Shown here piece after piece: positions 35,201 through 35,220 of a DNA stretch of 35,220 bases. Position 1 is the stretch's first letter, and every line of letters starts with the position of its first letter. Below the pieces are notes generated by a model. It did not search any database. It saw nothing but the letters and a program-made list of their open reading frames with translations, and had not been told where the DNA came from. The translations under genes were made by a program, and so were the position numbers. Where the stretch lies: NCBI RefSeq assembly GCF_006345805.1, contig NW_021829883.1, positions 1-35,220 on the forward strand, written 5' to 3'. This stretch comes from Octopus sinensis (taxonomy: Eukaryota).

Positions 35201-35220
35201 CATGTACGAATGCCTGCTTG

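Overview
AT-rich, microsatellite-saturated eukaryotic DNA. The repeat complement most resembles an octopus/cephalopod genome (inference from recalled SINE/LINE sequence, not a database hit). No complete protein-coding gene is visible, and almost all ORF-track entries are microsatellite artefacts. Supported content: four tRNA-headed SINE families (one copy with a clean 12-bp TSD, one head/tail chimera); three 3' fragments of CR1/L2-group LINEs whose 3' tail is shared with a SINE family; a full-length decayed mariner with TIRs and TA TSD; a mariner-type MITE split by a ~1.95-kb insert with Helitron termini that carries unrelated DNA; another DNA-transposon remnant; and two foldback elements. The most notable signal is a set of about seven dispersed type I hammerhead-ribozyme-like motifs (CUGANGA...GAAA...NUH with self-complementary stem III), mostly in short elements next to (TA)n tracts, as known for Penelope-like elements. 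Splice signals and a CRE/CCAAT cluster hint at a + strand host gene with candidate exons near 13.6-14.0 kb, 22263-22490 and 31431-31769.
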